Assembly (NCBI RefSeq): GCF_001194135.2
Contig: NC_068984.1
Span: 58,397,490 to 58,448,612, forward strand
DNA length: 51,123 nt
Direction of reading: 5' to 3'
Origin: Octopus bimaculoides
Taxonomy: Eukaryota
The translations under genes were made by a program, and so were the position numbers. A model generated the notes under the pieces. It had not been told where the DNA came from. It worked only from the letters and a program-made list of their open reading frames with translations, and made no database searches. This document shows positions 49,354 to 51,123 of the stretch, one piece after another (position 1 is the stretch's first letter; the number at the start of each line of letters is the position of its first letter).

Positions 49354-49558
49354 TCCCCCCTGCTTCCTTGAATCTCAGACATCTCATCCCATCCTATTTC
49401 ACCATCCAGAAACCACCTCCTACCCACCCTACCCTTATGTAATACATCTCACCTTCTCATGCTTTTTATTCTCCTCACTAACATCAGTGATTAATTAGTG
49501 GTGGTGGTGGTGGTGGTGGTAGGTGCAGGGAGGGAAAGAAAGTTGGTTCATCCTAGAT

Positions 49559-49806
49559 CAGTGCTTCTCAAACTACATGATGCGGTGTACCAGAAGTTTT
49601 TTTTTCCCAATGTGCCAGGGACCGGTAATATTTCTTAGTAATAGTAATTTATACCAGAAACAATATAAGTTGACAATTTTTTTATCTTACATTTATTTTT
49701 TAAACAAATAATACAATATTACATAAGCATTTTATAATGTTTCTTTCTTTTCTGGAAACTTGCCATGTACCGGCAACGGTCTGTGGACCACCACTTTGAG
49801 TAAATA
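49559..49806. mobile_element. hAT/Charlie-like MITE
   Basis: CAGTGCTTCTCAAACT...GGACCACCACTTTGAGTA termini. Confidence 0.65.
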
Positions 49807-51090
49807 TAAATAACACTGAAGATAGCTGGATCTCCCCTACTCCCATATATCCTTATTTAGATTGTGTGAGAGAACAGTAACAAGGGGAAAAAACAACAAA
49901 TATTTACAGAAATGAATTAGAAAAGAAGAAAAAGTAGGTTTTATATTTTGCGTGAAGTTGAGGGGTGGAGGCAAAGTAGAGAGAGAGAGAGAGAAACACC
50001 TTTGTGTCAGAGAGAGATACAAAGAGGAAAACAAACAAAAGATTACATATCTACTAATACAACAACAGGGTGGGGGAATGATTCTCCTCTTCACTAACAT
50101 TTGTAATCAAAGATGACTTGGTACCAGAATATACCATATTTTAACTTTATGAACTAAAGGTATGTTTCTGCCAATGTTTACTTCGATAAGCATGCTCTAT
50201 AACCGTGTTTACAAGGGGATGTTTAGAAAAAACAATAAAAAATACTTCACAATTACAGAGATGACAAAATTCCTTGCCTTTATCATAAGGGAACGAAATG
50301 GAGAGAATCAACCAATCTAAATTAAATTGTTTATTATGGTCTTTTACCAAATTAATCTACTAAGCCCTGTATGGTTATGTTTATTACTATCCCTAAATGC
50401 AGAGTAATGATTAGAAATTATTTTAGATAACTGAGAAGAACTACCTATATAAAAAATACATCGGTATCTGAAGTAATTTTACACTGGTATATAGAGTTTT
50501 TAATCTTTGAATTACAAGACATAAACTTAATTCTGTTGGAATTGACTTCAGAGACAATAACCTTGTTATTAATATTTCTAGTGGGAGGGATGGTATTAGC
50601 TAAATTAATGTTAGTATTAGACAGTAAAAACAAACGGTGAGGGCTGTTGAGCCAAGACAATAGAAAAATTATTATGAACGCTAGGTAGACGTGCCATGAG
50701 AGAAGAGACAGAAAAAACACATCCTTTCTTCAGGAAGGCAGTGGACAGAGAGATCCCTTTTCGTCATGTGTTAGCAATGAGAGCGTCAAGGAGGAAGAGT
50801 GAGAGAGAGAGAGAGAGAGAGGGAACAGTGAAAGGGAAAGAAGAATAGGGAAAGGGATGGAGACTGTGTTGTTTTCAGTGTCCTGTTCTTGTTAACACTT
50901 TAACTCTCAGCAAAAAATTCCAAATTTTATTTAATTTGCATTGCCGGAAGGACTGTTCCAATGAAGTTGCGTATTGTCCTTGCCTTTCAAACGTGGAGTA
51001 GATGGAACAGGGACAACTGATGAAGGGAAATATTCTTTATGTTGCATGTCTCGTTTCTCTGTTTTTTTCGTTGTTCGAAAAAAACTTTGT

Positions 51091-51123
<33 letters not shown>

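Noticed and set aside
1-51123. CRISPR array, rRNA or prokaryotic operon-like system
   Set aside because: No regularly spaced repeat-spacer array or rRNA similarity was seen; the sequence is intron-containing eukaryotic DNA.

Overview
AT-rich, microsatellite- and transposon-dense animal genomic DNA. The SINE/MITE families and repeat make-up suggest a cephalopod (Octopus-like) draft assembly; this is inference. Nine N-gaps: 5958-6572, 14896-15129, 16846-17535, 28669-29399, 32761-33098, 36166-36890, 38398-38842, 39799-40043, 46643-46707. The left ~18 kb is intergenic, CpG-retaining repeat debris: LTR-like sequences (one followed by a tRNA-Trp primer-binding site), Tc1 and RTE remnants, an R4/Dong retroelement in (TAA)n, Helitron 3' ends, a SAP-domain ORF of probable DNA-transposon origin and a telomeric-repeat palindrome. 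The right ~33 kb is CpG-depleted and holds the 3' part of one minus-strand host gene. Five GT-AG exons (34558-34477, 32114-32007, 28287-28194, 27348-27204, 26104-25952) splice in frame into 193 aa: the second half of a KAT6/DPF-type PHD finger, a Pro/Ser/Thr/Glu linker and a C-terminal SAMD1/SAMD13-type SAM domain. Upstream exons were not found. No rRNA, true tRNA gene or CRISPR array was seen. Most entries in the ORF track are artefacts of N-runs, microsatellites or antisense reading of transposons.
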